A stretch of 64,000 bases of DNA, from assembly GCA_043819555.1 (NCBI GenBank), contig JBDREQ010000063.1, forward strand, positions 1 to 64,000, given 5' to 3'. The notes below the pieces were generated by a model. That model made no database searches and was not told the DNA's origin. It saw nothing but the letters and a program-made list of their open reading frames with translations. Position numbers and translations under genes: made by a program. Origin of the DNA: Candidatus Zixiibacteriota bacterium. Its GTDB lineage: Bacteria > Zixibacteria > MSB-5A5 > GN15 > JAAZOE01. This document shows, in pieces, positions 50,699 to 61,668 of the stretch (the stretch's first letter is position 1; each line of letters opens with the position of its first letter).

Positions 50699-52506
50699 AA
50701 TATATAAAATGGTTCTGGCGTTATTACCGGCATCACAAGAGAACGCTGTTTGTGCTCCTGACGTTCTCGATATTGTCAGGAATACTATTGGTCATTCAAC
50801 CGCTGCTTTTGAAAAATATATTCGATCTGCTTCAGTCGGGTGAATTAACGCGGGTAAATATGCCATATGTGAACGAGTTTATTGAGTCTCTCGGCGGAAA
50901 TAGTATTGGCAATTACACCATGATTCTGATTGGCTTCGCCTTTGTCTGGCTTATCGTTTATATCATCTTAGTCGGACATCGCGCCTATATGAATATCCGG
51001 CTGGAATTGGAGTTTCGACAAAAGGCGTTTGATAACGCGACCGTCAAAGGTCCTGATTTCTTCAATAAATTCAGTACCGGGGATCTGGTCACGAGGATGA
51101 CAGATGATTGCGGCGAAGATAAGCTGGCCTGGTTTGCCTGCAGTGGCATCTTCCGTTTCTATGAGTCGCTGATTTTGATTATTTTCAGCCTGATTACAAT
51201 GATCTCGATTCATCCCAAGCTGGCCCTGTGGACGGCTACGCCTCTTCCGATTCTGGTATTTATTTATATGAAGAGTTCATCGGTGCTCGATAAGCGTTTT
51301 GATTTTCTGCAGAAGAAAATCTCAGATATCAATGACACCATGGAAACCTGCTTTTCCGGTATTCGCGTTATCAAGGCGTATGTCCGCGAGAAAGATCAGC
51401 GGAAGAAATTTGCCGCTGTCGCCGACAATCGCCAGGCCGCGGAAATATCCGCCGTCAAGGCGCACACCATTATCGAATCGCTGTGGATGTATATCTGGCA
51501 ACTGGGATTGATAATAATCCTTCTGGCCGGAGGATATTACGTGATCAGGGGCAGTTTGACGATTGGCGAGTTTGTCGCCTTCAATTCGTTAATGCTGTTT
51601 ATGCTATATCCGATGTTTGACGTCGGCAATTTTCTCGTGCGCGGACTTCGGGCCGCGGTTTCGATCAAGCGTTTGATTGAACTTGAAGATTATCCGCTTA
51701 TGATTGATGAAAATGAAGGTGGCCAAGCCGTCAAAAAAGAGAGGACTTCCGGACGCGTGGTTTTCGAAACCGCGACGTTCAGATTCGCCGGCATGGAACG
51801 GGATATCGTCTCCGATTTGAATTTTACCGCGGAGCCGGGTCAGCGCGTGGCTCTGGTCGGAAAAGTCGGCTCTGGAAAAAGCTGGGCGGCGCGGCTGATT
51901 CCGCGATTGGTTAATCCGGTTTCAGGCCGGATTACGCTCGATGGAATCGATTTGCGCAAGTATGATATCCACGATCTGCGTCGGATGATCGGATATGTCC
52001 CGCAGGAACCGATTTTGTTTTCGGATACAATCGAAAACAATGTTCGGTTCGACCGCGATGATATTACCGATGCCACGATTGACTGGGCGATTGATGTCGC
52101 GCAGCTTAAGAGCGAAATGGATAGTTTTCCCAAAGGATTACAGACCCGCATCGGCGTTCGGGGCATGTCGATTTCCGGCGGTCAAAAACAACGATTGGCG
52201 GTGGCTCGCGCTCTGGCGGGCAAGCCCAAGATTTTGATTCTCGATGACTGCACCTCGGCTCTCGATGCCGATACCGAAGCAATTTTGTGGGATCGGCTTC
52301 ATGAAGTCATGCCGGATTTGACCTGCTTTATCGTATCGCATCGCCCGGCAACGCTGGAGAAGGCCGATAAGATTATTGTTTTGGACGACGGCAAAGTTGT
52401 CGAAGAAGGCGGGCATATAGATTTGATATTGAAAGATGGCCTGTACTGCAAGCTGTATCATCGCATCATGCTGGCCGAAGCCGTCGGCGACAGCGCCGCG
52501 GCATAG
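50692..52506 (+). CDS. Heterodimeric ABC exporter subunit (MdlA/TM287-like)
   Basis: GKVGSGKS, ISGGQKQ, degenerate Walker B ILDDCTS, VSHR. Confidence 0.93.
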   Translation: MLKYIKWFWRYYRHHKRTLFVLLTFSILSGILLVIQPLLLKNIFDLLQSGELTRVNMPYVNEFIESLGGNSIGNYTMILIGFAFVWLIVYIILVGHRAYMNIRLELEFRQKAFDNATVKGPDFFNKFSTGDLVTRMTDDCGEDKLAWFACSGIFRFYESLILIIFSLITMISIHPKLALWTATPLPILVFIYMKSSSVLDKRFDFLQKKISDINDTMETCFSGIRVIKAYVREKDQRKKFAAVADNRQAAEISAVKAHTIIESLWMYIWQLGLIIILLAGGYYVIRGSLTIGEFVAFNSLMLFMLYPMFDVGNFLVRGLRAAVSIKRLIELEDYPLMIDENEGGQAVKKERTSGRVVFETATFRFAGMERDIVSDLNFTAEPGQRVALVGKVGSGKSWAARLIPRLVNPVSGRITLDGIDLRKYDIHDLRRMIGYVPQEPILFSDTIENNVRFDRDDITDATIDWAIDVAQLKSEMDSFPKGLQTRIGVRGMSISGGQKQRLAVARALAGKPKILILDDCTSALDADTEAILWDRLHEVMPDLTCFIVSHRPATLEKADKIIVLDDGKVVEEGGHIDLILKDGLYCKLYHRIMLAEAVGDSAAA

Positions 52507-52511
52507 AGTAA

Positions 52512-52600
52512 TGCGGCAGGTCATGAAATATGATCTGCCGTAACAATAAGAAAAAGCCATTGCGAGGAATTCCGTTTTAACGGGATGACGGAGCAATCCC
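52512..52600. repeat. Two REP-like palindromes
   Basis: TGCGGCAGGTCAT..ATGATCTGCCGTAAC (52512-52544) and GCCATTGCGAG...GACGGAGCAATCCC (52556-52600). Confidence 0.55.
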
Positions 52601-52678
52601 TGGTTAACATTTGCCGCCAGTTCACACCCATCCTTCGTTGGGGGTATAACTGACAGGATAGATTGACAGATTAAGAAA

Positions 52679-53452
52679 ATGACTGAAATAAATTTTAAAA
52701 TAGTAACCGCCGGCAAGGTTGATATTTTACGAGATGAAAATTATAAAATGGCTCGGATGGTCTGGCATGATTTTATGCTCCATGACCCGGTCGCGAATTA
52801 TTTTACTGATTTATTCTCCGAGCCGGAATTGATGAAATATCAGTTCGCCCTGATTGAGCCGGATACGGATAAAATTATCGCGATAGGCAATTCTGTTCCT
52901 CTGTTGTGGGAAGATAAAATCGAAAACCTGCCGGATGATGGCTGGGATTGGGCGCTGGCCAAAGGCATCGACGATTATAGAAATAAACGCAAACCAAATC
53001 TGCTTTGCGCAATTCAAATTATGGTACACCCTGATCGTCATGGTCAGGGCTTGAGCTCAAAGGCGGTTACGGTGATGCGCGGCATTGCCAAACAAAATAA
53101 TTTGGACGGCCTTATCGCACCGGTGCGACCGACCAAAAAATGCGATTATCCTCTGATACCGATTGATAATTATATCAAATGGACTAACGGTGAAGATTTG
53201 CCGTTTGATCCATGGCTGAGAGTCCACGCTCGATTGGGAGCAAAGATTATAAAATCCTGCCCCCGGGCGATGACGATTCCCGGAACGGTATCTGAATGGG
53301 AAGAGTGGACAAAGATGAAATTCCCCGAAAGCGGACGATATACCATTCCCGGCGCGTTAGTCCCGGTCAATATTGACCGTGAAAACGATAAAGGCGTATA
53401 TATTGAACCTAACGTCTGGATGCATCATGAATTTGAAAATAATGAATTATAA
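52679..53452 (+). CDS. GNAT-fold N-acetyltransferase-like protein
   Basis: VHPDRHGQGLS acetyl-CoA motif; APVRPT.K..YP, DPWLRVH, YIEPNVW. Confidence 0.85.
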   Translation: MTEINFKIVTAGKVDILRDENYKMARMVWHDFMLHDPVANYFTDLFSEPELMKYQFALIEPDTDKIIAIGNSVPLLWEDKIENLPDDGWDWALAKGIDDYRNKRKPNLLCAIQIMVHPDRHGQGLSSKAVTVMRGIAKQNNLDGLIAPVRPTKKCDYPLIPIDNYIKWTNGEDLPFDPWLRVHARLGAKIIKSCPRAMTIPGTVSEWEEWTKMKFPESGRYTIPGALVPVNIDRENDKGVYIEPNVWMHHEFENNEL

Positions 53453-53509
53453 CAATCAACCGATTGGCCGATAAGACGTATAATGGGTATATTGGAAAGT
53501 ACGAAAAAT

Positions 53510-54778
53510 ATGAAAATATTATTGATCATAAATTTACTGATTACAGTTTTACTCCTTCCAGCCCTGACGTCGGCGGAGATGCTACTTATCCCAATGGATG
53601 AAGCGCAAAGCAATCATCTCAAGGCGTACGGCGTGGTATTCAACTGCCTGACGCGCAATCAGCAGGCGGAATGGATTCTCAATTATCGTTTCGGTTCGTT
53701 CCTGATAAAAGATACCGACAACAACCGTGATTTATGCCTCATGCGCGGAGTCTATTACGATGTCATTTCCAACTCAGAAGCGGCCGATATTTACCGAATT
53801 GTCGAATCGGAAAATATGGAACGAGTTCTTCTCGAAAAAGAACCAAAAATCGCAGTGTATGCTCCCCCCAGCCACCAGCCGTGGGATGACGCCGTCCGGC
53901 TGGCTCTTGAATATGCTGAGATCGATTATGATTTACTCTGGGACAAGGAAGTTCTCGAGGGTAAGCTCGAAGAATACGACTGGCTCCATCTGCATCATGA
54001 GGATTTTTCCGGACAGTACGGTAAATTCTATTTTGCCTTCGGCCGCGAACTGTGGTATCAGCAGGACGTCGCCGCCAACGAAGCGATGGCCCGCTCGCTG
54101 GGATATAACAAAGTCTCCGAATGTAAAAAAGCCGTCGCGCGGGAGATAAAAGAGTATGTTTTGCGGGGAGGATTTTTATTCGCCATGTGTTCGGCCGCCG
54201 AAACTCTCGATATGGCGTTGGCGGCCCATTCGACCGATATTGTACCCTCCGAATTCGACGGCGATCCGCCCGATCCCGACTGCGTTTCGAAACTTGATTT
54301 TTCTCAGACAATGGCTTTCGAAGATTTTACTCCCGATTTTAATCCGCTTGTATACAGGCGTTCCAATATCGATACCTACCCGGAGCGCATCGAACGATTT
54401 CTTATGCCTGATGATGATATCTTTTATTTGTTTGAGTTTTCCGCCAAACTCGACCCGGTCCCAACGATGCTGGTGCAGAATCATATGCCCGTCGTCAATG
54501 GTTTCATGGGTCAGACAACAGGATTGAAAAAATCTCTCTTGAAAAAATACGTGATTGTTTTGGGACAGCCGCTTGATTATGATGAAGTCCGCTACATCCA
54601 CGGCAATCTCGGTAAAGGTACTTTCACTTTTTATTCCGGTCATGACCCTGAAGATTATCAACATCGGATCAATGACCCGCCGACTGATTTGTCACTCCAC
54701 AAAAATTCACCCGGCTACCGGTTGATACTCAATAATATTCTTTTTCCGGCGGCCCGTAAAAAAGAAAGAAAAACCTGA
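53510..54778 (+). CDS. Conserved secreted protein with class I glutamine amidotransferase-like fold (family often mislabelled asparagine synthetase B)
   Basis: Signal peptide from MKILL; NHLKAYG, PWDDAV, DWLHLHHEDF, FAMCSA, GHDPEDY, SPGYRLILNN. Confidence 0.75.
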   Translation: MKILLIINLLITVLLLPALTSAEMLLIPMDEAQSNHLKAYGVVFNCLTRNQQAEWILNYRFGSFLIKDTDNNRDLCLMRGVYYDVISNSEAADIYRIVESENMERVLLEKEPKIAVYAPPSHQPWDDAVRLALEYAEIDYDLLWDKEVLEGKLEEYDWLHLHHEDFSGQYGKFYFAFGRELWYQQDVAANEAMARSLGYNKVSECKKAVAREIKEYVLRGGFLFAMCSAAETLDMALAAHSTDIVPSEFDGDPPDPDCVSKLDFSQTMAFEDFTPDFNPLVYRRSNIDTYPERIERFLMPDDDIFYLFEFSAKLDPVPTMLVQNHMPVVNGFMGQTTGLKKSLLKKYVIVLGQPLDYDEVRYIHGNLGKGTFTFYSGHDPEDYQHRINDPPTDLSLHKNSPGYRLILNNILFPAARKKERKT

Positions 54779-54802
54779 GGATATTCAATAAATTCAATTG
54801 GG

Positions 54803-55687
54803 TTATTTAAGCAACAAATCACGCAATGCGATTATTTCATCTTCCAGAGCAGGCATTTTTCTATTCAGGAATTCTTCAGTTTCGTTGCATAATAAACCTG
54901 CTAGAAGCGGCCTTTTAGCTGGACGGGGGAGCGATGAGGATTCGACCGGAGAAATCAAACCCTTATCAAATTTACAAATCTCAGCGATCTTCAACGCCAG
55001 CTCATAACGGCTGACAAAATTAGCGCCCCCGATGTGATATACACCGCTGCCATCTTTCTCAATCAACTGCCTGATTAATTTTGCCGATGTAAGATCGCTA
55101 ATCGGATTAGAGCTTTGATCGCTCGCGCCGCCTATTTTCTTCCCTGCTTTCAGATTGTTATAAACGAAAAGGAAGAAATTCCGTTCGGCCGTAATATCGA
55201 GCATGGTGTTAGTGCGAATGATTAAATTATCAGTCGATGCTGCCAAAATCAATTCTTCAGCCCGGAGTTTATGCTCGCCATATATATTAATCGGATGGGG
55301 CGGATCATTTGGGCACGCTCGTTTGTCGCCCGGAAAAACATAATCGGTAGATATCTGAACGAATTTGGCTTTGGGAAAATACTTTTGCAAATAATCAACG
55401 GCGTCAACATTGATTCGTCTTGATAGTTCCGGCTCCTGTTGGCATCGATCAACATCGGCCAGGGCGGCGGAATTTATAATTATATCAGGTGAATATTGTT
55501 GTGATAGATATTTAACGTGCTCAATATCACCGAGATCGTCGTAATAGGTATTTTCTCCATTTTCGATTCGTGGATCATTATGATAGTGCTTGATCAAACG
55601 GCCGGCATTTGAAAACTCATCTGTAAGCCGACGCCCCAGAAGACCTCCGACCCCAGTAATTAATATCTGGCATTTGCATATATTCAT
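54803..55687 (-). CDS. rmlD: dTDP-4-dehydrorhamnose reductase
   Basis: GVGGLLG, NSAALADVD, ISTDYVF, YGEHK, AKRP. Confidence 0.88.
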   Translation of the reverse strand: MNICKCQILITGVGGLLGRRLTDEFSNAGRLIKHYHNDPRIENGENTYYDDLGDIEHVKYLSQQYSPDIIINSAALADVDRCQQEPELSRRINVDAVDYLQKYFPKAKFVQISTDYVFPGDKRACPNDPPHPINIYGEHKLRAEELILAASTDNLIIRTNTMLDITAERNFFLFVYNNLKAGKKIGGASDQSSNPISDLTSAKLIRQLIEKDGSGVYHIGGANFVSRYELALKIAEICKFDKGLISPVESSSLPRPAKRPLLAGLLCNETEEFLNRKMPALEDEIIALRDLLLK

Positions 55688-56718
55688 GAGTGATTTTTGT
55701 AGTGATTTTCAAAGAATTTAGCGTCACTCGGATGGTCCTGAGATTTTGCTAATATTGTATCCACCCACTTTTTATTGTCACGATACCATTTGATTGTTTC
55801 TTCCAGTGAGGTATTAAAATCAGATTTTGCCGCCCATCCCAACTCAGATATTTTGTCCCATTTGACGCTGTAGCAAAAATCATGGCCCGGCCGATCGGCA
55901 ATATAATTAATCCTGCTCTCATCAGCACCCAGAACAGACAACATCCGTTTTGACATTTCCAGATTACTGGTATGATTGTCGGCCCCGGCGTTATATATCT
56001 GTCCTTTTTCACCTTTATTATAAACCAGCCAGATCGCCCGGCAAAAGTCTTTAACGAATAGCCAATCGCGCATCTGAAGGCCGTCTCCGTAAAGCGGCAG
56101 AGTTTCGCCGGCAAGGATGCGCCGGGTAAAAAACGGAATCAGTTTTTCAGGATATTGACGGGGGCCAAAATTATTTGTCCCCCGGATTATCGCGGCGTCG
56201 ATGTCTTTGCTGTTGATCGCCGCCAGAACATACATGTCTGCGGCCGCCTTTGATGAGGCATAATAATTTCCGGGTTTTAATGGCGCATCTTCTCCACATG
56301 GCTTATCGGGAGACGATGCCCCATAAACTTCATCGGTCGATATTTGCATGTATCGCCGGACTTTGTGCTCTTCCACCGCCCGAAGCAAATTCAAAACTCC
56401 GACAACATTATTCTCGATAAAAAATTCAGGATGATAAAAAGCCCGATCAACGTGGGTTTGGGCTGCGACGTTTATCAAACCGTCGTAACCATCAGACAGA
56501 AGCTCATCAACTAATTTACGGTCGCATATCGATCCCGTGACAAATCGGTGCCGATCGGATGCTATCCCGCCCGGGATATGTTCGAGGTTCATAGTATGCC
56601 CGGCGTAATCTAATTTATCCAGCGATGTAATATGAATATCGTCGGTATGGGACAGTATATATTCGACCAGGTGCGAACCGATAAATCCTGCCGTACCGGT
56701 AATAAGTAACTTTTTCAT
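55684..56718 (-). CDS. rmlB: dTDP-glucose 4,6-dehydratase
   Basis: GTAGFIGS, DKLDYAG, AAQTHVDR, STDEVYG, YASSK, YPEKLIP, DRPGHD. Start set at MKKLL. Confidence 0.94.
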   Translation of the reverse strand: MKKLLITGTAGFIGSHLVEYILSHTDDIHITSLDKLDYAGHTMNLEHIPGGIASDRHRFVTGSICDRKLVDELLSDGYDGLINVAAQTHVDRAFYHPEFFIENNVVGVLNLLRAVEEHKVRRYMQISTDEVYGASSPDKPCGEDAPLKPGNYYASSKAAADMYVLAAINSKDIDAAIIRGTNNFGPRQYPEKLIPFFTRRILAGETLPLYGDGLQMRDWLFVKDFCRAIWLVYNKGEKGQIYNAGADNHTSNLEMSKRMLSVLGADESRINYIADRPGHDFCYSVKWDKISELGWAAKSDFNTSLEETIKWYRDNKKWVDTILAKSQDHPSDAKFFENHYKNHS

Positions 56719-57179
56719 CACGCTTCCGCATCCCAATCGTAAACAATCAGATCGGTATCTTTCTGCAATCGCATCTCATCCGGATTTTGATGATTGTAAG
56801 GTTCGGTGGGGCAATTCAGTATTATGGCCGGCTCGGGGCTTAGTCCTTTTATGCCATGATGAATGTGAGGAGGGATGGTAATCAAAAGACGGTTGTCATC
56901 GCCAAAAACAAATTTATTTATTTTGCCATATGTGGGACTGTTTTCGCGCAAGTCGGCCAGTACAAGTTTGACCATGCCCGATACGGCGCAAAAATTATCG
57001 TATTGAATGGCGTGGCAATGCCATGCCTTGACGACGCCGGGACGAACTGAAGTAATATACGCCTGACCGAATTTTTGAAAAATATCATCGTCATTGCGAA
57101 GTATTTCAAATAACCAGCCTCTTTTGTCGGTGTGAGTTATTAATTTCTTGATTTTGACACCGTCAATCAAATCGGTCAT
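56718..57179 (-). CDS. rmlC: dTDP-4-dehydrorhamnose 3,5-epimerase (short cupin type)
   Basis: DKRGWLFE, PGVVKAWHCH, DLRENSPTYG, IPPHIHHG. Confidence 0.9.
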   Translation of the reverse strand: MTDLIDGVKIKKLITHTDKRGWLFEILRNDDDIFQKFGQAYITSVRPGVVKAWHCHAIQYDNFCAVSGMVKLVLADLRENSPTYGKINKFVFGDDNRLLITIPPHIHHGIKGLSPEPAIILNCPTEPYNHQNPDEMRLQKDTDLIVYDWDAEA

Positions 57180-57928
57180 AATGCGCCTTCTTCCGATTCT
57201 ACTTCCCCTTCAATTTCCTCGCCACAAATCTTATTTCGTGCTTCGGCCAGTGATTCATGCGTCCCGGCATCTATCCACCAGTCTTTGAGCATGTCATATC
57301 GCAGTCGCCCCTGTTTATGATAAGCATTCAATACATCGGTGACTTCGTATTCCCCCCGTCCGGACGGTTTTACTTTTGAGGCAATATCGAACAAATCTTT
57401 GGGAAAGAAGTAAATTCCTGTAATAGCCCAATGCGAATCGGATGTTTTCGGTTTTTCCTCAATGGCGGTGATTTCACCGTCATCAATATGAGCGACGCCA
57501 AAGGCTTCGGGAGACTGCACTTCGGCCAGCAGCATCAAAGCTTGGTCGGGATCTTCCTCGAATTTATCCCGATAGCCTCGAGCCGAACCGCCGATTATAT
57601 TATCGCCCAGGACAACCATATAGGGTCCAATGCGCAGATTCTCGGGCATCATCAGAATCGAACCGGCAATTCCCGGTTTTTCAGTCTGTGGCACAATCGT
57701 CAAAGGATTAAACTGTGTGCCGATACCGACCGACATAGTCTTTTTGAAATTATCAACATGGTGCGGGTTAGTCACCAGGGTCACATCATTAACGCCGGCG
57801 GAAAGAAAAATCGACAAGGAATAGTTGATCATCGGCCGTCCGCCGATTTCGATCAAATGTTTATTGCAACTATTGGTCAGCGGCGCCAGCCGTTCGCCTT
57901 TACCACCGGTTAATATAATTCCCTGCAT
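57176..57928 (-). CDS. rmlA: Glucose-1-phosphate thymidylyltransferase (short type)
   Basis: GGKGERL.PLT, LGDN, EEKP, PSGRGEYEVTD, WIDAGT. Start near MQGII. Confidence 0.9.
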   Translation of the reverse strand: MQGIILTGGKGERLAPLTNSCNKHLIEIGGRPMINYSLSIFLSAGVNDVTLVTNPHHVDNFKKTMSVGIGTQFNPLTIVPQTEKPGIAGSILMMPENLRIGPYMVVLGDNIIGGSARGYRDKFEEDPDQALMLLAEVQSPEAFGVAHIDDGEITAIEEKPKTSDSHWAITGIYFFPKDLFDIASKVKPSGRGEYEVTDVLNAYHKQGRLRYDMLKDWWIDAGTHESLAEARNKICGEEIEGEVESEEGAL

Positions 57929-58061
57929 GGGTCCCATCCATATATGAACGATATCTCGACAATATAACAATACGGAACAAAAAATGAAAATGATAAATGG
58001 CGGTTTAGCGCCATGATAGTAATGGTGGATGGCTTCAATAAACTGCGGTTTTTAAAATGAA

Positions 58062-59879
58062 CTAATACTCATACCTTATGACTTCGGTACCGATTGAATC
58101 CGGAGGAGGTTCAATGCTTTCCGGTTCTTCCACGAGAGGTTTCTCAATCAATGGCTTGACTTGGCCGTTTTCGTATTTGAAAAGCGGCAGTTCCAAATTT
58201 GAGCGGCTTTTCCCAAACGTAATCTTCCCCGAAACGCCGTTATAACCGTTTAAGGATTTAAGATATTCGGCAATATCGCCCGGAGATTTTCGATCCTGCA
58301 GGTAAGCTTCACCCAGAATCATCAAGGCATCATACCCGACTGCCGCCAGTCGATCCGGCTCACCACTATATTTGCTATCGAAATCGGAAGAAAACCTATC
58401 ATACCCGGGCGAGTCGCGCATCGCCATTGAGCTGGAATAAAAAACGGCATTGCCCAATGTTCTCTCATCGAGCTTCATTACCTTATCGGTGTTCCATTCG
58501 TCGGCGCCCAGATACGATGTTTTGAATCTGTAAAAATCTAACTGGGGCAAAATCAAAAACAACTGTTGTTCATCAGCCGGAATAAAAAGGCCGTCGAATT
58601 CCACTTCCATTTCGCCGGGGCGCAGGGTATCTCCCTTCAGAGTTACGTAAAAGGTCGAATCATCAACCGTTCCCAGGATTGCTTCCTTTATATCGTGGAG
58701 ATAAGGGCCAAAATCGGTTTCACCGGGTCGGAATCTCTCAAAAGCAAGCAGCGTCGCCCCCAGCCTTTGGGCTTCATCGGCGAACGCTTCGGCCATTGTC
58801 AGCTCATCCAGAGAGGTCGGTGATATGACGACAAGCGTTGTCATTCCTCTATGGCGAACGGCGTACTGGGCTAACCCACGGCCAATTGTTTTGATGTTGA
58901 CTGATAATTGAAAACATCGCGGGGATAGCTCCGTGAAGCCGGCCTGTGTTGCCGCCGGAACCAAAAGCGGAATCTGTTCGTGGCTCAAAACAGCGGCCGT
59001 GGTCGCGGCAACATTGGAAAGAAGCGGGCCAACGACAATATCGACCCCGGCTTCCGCAAGGGCAATTGCCTGTCGGGCTGCGGTAATATTATCCGCCCGA
59101 GTGTCATAGGCTAAAATCTCAACCGGAACACCCATTCCTCTAAGCCTCTCAGCCGCCAGCTTACTCCCATCAAGGAGAGCCTGGCCATAACGGGCATAAG
59201 TGCCGGACAACGGCATTAACATTCCCGCGGTTATGCCATTTGATGAACCTTCTCGAGGTTTATCAACTTCAAAGATTTCGTTGGGGCATCTTCCCAGAAA
59301 GTTGTCAATTTGTTCCCGGCTCCAGCGACCCTTCATCAAAACCGCCATCCGGGCTTTAATGGCGCATTCCAAATCCCCCGGAACCAGAGCCAGAACCGAA
59401 TCGGGGGGAAAATATCCAGCCTCGATTATTGCGGCGATTGACCGTTCACTTAAACGGCGAAGCTGATTATCCGGCGCGGATCGATATGCGATGATATAGT
59501 TTCGAAAAGAACTTTCTATCAAGCCAATCCTGTAATAACAATTAGCCTTCAGATGATAGGCGTACGGAGTAAGATATGAGTTGGGAAAAAGGGTTTGAAA
59601 TCCGGCCAAAATATCACCAGCTGTTTTATAATCGCCCAGATGATAATAAGCCCGCGCCAATCCATAGTTATAAATATCTCGATATTCGGAATTTTTAAAC
59701 CCTTCTGCCAATTCGTTATAGGCTTCAATGGCTCCGGGATAATCTTTTTGCCTCATTAGTCTCTGGGCGCGCGAAAACAGCGACTGCGCCCGGGCAAATT
59801 CGTCAGGTAACACCTGGGCCAAAGCAAAATCCCCGGTAAAAAGCAGAACTGATATAAATATAAGCAGCAACCATTTCAT
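58062..59879 (-). CDS. TPR plus periplasmic-binding-fold protein (LpoA/LppC-like PBP activator)
   Basis: Signal peptide, N-terminal TPR helices, MPLSG..A.YG, IVVGPLLS, GYDA, GVSGKITF. Confidence 0.8.
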   Translation of the reverse strand: MKWLLLIFISVLLFTGDFALAQVLPDEFARAQSLFSRAQRLMRQKDYPGAIEAYNELAEGFKNSEYRDIYNYGLARAYYHLGDYKTAGDILAGFQTLFPNSYLTPYAYHLKANCYYRIGLIESSFRNYIIAYRSAPDNQLRRLSERSIAAIIEAGYFPPDSVLALVPGDLECAIKARMAVLMKGRWSREQIDNFLGRCPNEIFEVDKPREGSSNGITAGMLMPLSGTYARYGQALLDGSKLAAERLRGMGVPVEILAYDTRADNITAARQAIALAEAGVDIVVGPLLSNVAATTAAVLSHEQIPLLVPAATQAGFTELSPRCFQLSVNIKTIGRGLAQYAVRHRGMTTLVVISPTSLDELTMAEAFADEAQRLGATLLAFERFRPGETDFGPYLHDIKEAILGTVDDSTFYVTLKGDTLRPGEMEVEFDGLFIPADEQQLFLILPQLDFYRFKTSYLGADEWNTDKVMKLDERTLGNAVFYSSSMAMRDSPGYDRFSSDFDSKYSGEPDRLAAVGYDALMILGEAYLQDRKSPGDIAEYLKSLNGYNGVSGKITFGKSRSNLELPLFKYENGQVKPLIEKPLVEEPESIEPPPDSIGTEVIRYEY

Positions 59880-60043
59880 GAGCGTTAATTTAGAGATTGT
59901 CTTTCATTTGGGAAAGTAAAAAATCCCAAATCCGCTTAGTCGTTTGCCGATTATTGTACATTTTAATAGGAAAATCGATGAAATTTGTACCCAATCCGGC
60001 CGATTTTTGTATAATAAGACTGAATATAACAATGGAGAAGTTT

Positions 60044-60637
60044 ATGAAAAACAAATTTACCTGCGGTTTACTTTTAACTCTGACAATTATTGCGTTCGTG
60101 TTTAATTCTCTTTCCTTTGCTATCGAAAAACCAATCAATCAAAATCCGGTTGATATTTCCAAATCATCGGAAAACTTGGTCATGAATTGGCCCGAAAGCG
60201 GCGAATGGAAAAGCGGTTTGAAAAAAGCTTATGGCCAATCAGTGATTGAGTTTTTCTACCCTAAAGGTCAGACACAAGGTAATTGGACCGAAATGGGGAG
60301 TATCGAGATCAACCCGGTTTTAAAAGAAGTTCCCATTATTACAACCGCCCGTTCCATATTTTTGGGCACCGAAAAAGCCAGCCCCAAAGCAACCTGGGAT
60401 ATTCTGGAACGCGGCAAAACAGAAAATGGATACCCGTTTATCATATTTGAAATTATTTGCCCCGAATTCCGAACCAAAGAAGAACCGCAAATTCAATACT
60501 GGAAAATAATCGATGGAAATTTAAACTCACATACGGTTCAATACTCGTTTAGGGGGACAACAATTCCCGAAGAAAAAAAGAAAGAGATTCTCGACGCCTT
60601 GAAAGATGCTAAATTAACGGCGGCAAAAAAAATATAG
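60044..60637 (+). CDS. Secreted hypothetical protein
   Basis: GGAG RBS before MKNKF; signal peptide. Confidence 0.7.
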   Translation: MKNKFTCGLLLTLTIIAFVFNSLSFAIEKPINQNPVDISKSSENLVMNWPESGEWKSGLKKAYGQSVIEFFYPKGQTQGNWTEMGSIEINPVLKEVPIITTARSIFLGTEKASPKATWDILERGKTENGYPFIIFEIICPEFRTKEEPQIQYWKIIDGNLNSHTVQYSFRGTTIPEEKKKEILDALKDAKLTAAKKI

Positions 60638-60742
60638 AGCCTGTTTATTTGTCCCGGCGCTTGCATACAGCGCGGTAAATCGTTAGAATGATATAACTCA
60701 CTAATCAATTGTGGTTAGTGAGTTTTTGTTTGGTTATTTTTT

Positions 60743-61579
60743 ATGGATATTGAACCTTACATAAAAACGGCTCGCGGCGAACTTACCGATTATGTTTCCG
60801 GGGTTGACCGATTTATAAATTCTCTGGGGCAACCCGGTAAATTTGAATCGTCTTCTCTGCGAGCGAAATCTCCCGAAGAATACATCCGCAATATCCTGGC
60901 AGTCAGCATCCTGACGCATCTCGGCCGGACGGAATTTCTGAAAACCGAAAAGCGAATAATTGTCCTGCCTGATTGTCTGAAAAATTACAGCGACTGGGAA
61001 TGCGGCAAAGAAACCGACGGCAATATCAGTTGGTGCGCGAAGTGCCATCCCGAGTGCATCGTTTATGAAATTGAAGACTGGCTGGCCGATACAAACACGA
61101 CTATTCTTCTTGAACCGGAAGAGCTGGATAAATATTTTGCCGAATTGAAAAATGAAGACGGCAATACCGGAGTAGTCGGCGTTGCCTGCGCCCTAACGCT
61201 ACTTTCCGGATTTCATTCGACGTTGAAGTATAAATTCCCAACCCAGGGAGTTTTTCTCAATTATTCGTCATGCGCCCATCACTGGATCAAGGGCGGCATC
61301 AATACCGCCTTTAGTATTAAACGGCTGGCGTGGATTTTGAAGAAAGACCTCCCGGAAATATCTGAAATTAATTCCATCGACGGCCCGACATATTCGCTTA
61401 TAAAAGAGCCTCTTTCATCAGATGATTTTTATAACCGGGTCGATAAACTGTGCGAGTATTTTATATCCGAATACTATCCCCAATTTAAACTAGCCCATCC
61501 TGATTTAGATATTTATGATTTATCAATCGAGATAAGTCACGCCCTGGTCCCTAATCTTATTACAAGGGATGAGTCGTAG
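60743..61579 (+). CDS. DUF116 domain protein
   Basis: VLPDCL...C...CAKC...C, VGVAC, L....C pattern. Confidence 0.75.
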   Translation: MDIEPYIKTARGELTDYVSGVDRFINSLGQPGKFESSSLRAKSPEEYIRNILAVSILTHLGRTEFLKTEKRIIVLPDCLKNYSDWECGKETDGNISWCAKCHPECIVYEIEDWLADTNTTILLEPEELDKYFAELKNEDGNTGVVGVACALTLLSGFHSTLKYKFPTQGVFLNYSSCAHHWIKGGINTAFSIKRLAWILKKDLPEISEINSIDGPTYSLIKEPLSSDDFYNRVDKLCEYFISEYYPQFKLAHPDLDIYDLSIEISHALVPNLITRDES

Positions 61580-61668
61580 ACTTAACTTATAATAAATAGT
61601 CTTTTCGCTTGCATAACATTAGAACAATCATTAATATGGATTCATCAATATTTTCGCGGAGGGAAATC

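Noticed and set aside
31566..54664. Long antisense or alternate-frame ORFs (e.g. 31566-32174, 52138-52716, 53763-54311, 54176-54664)
   Set aside because: Shadows of well-supported genes, with no motifs or RBS.
53510..54778. Asparagine synthetase B (asnB) call
   Set aside because: No N-terminal Cys Ntn domain or SGGLDS motif, and it has a signal peptide.
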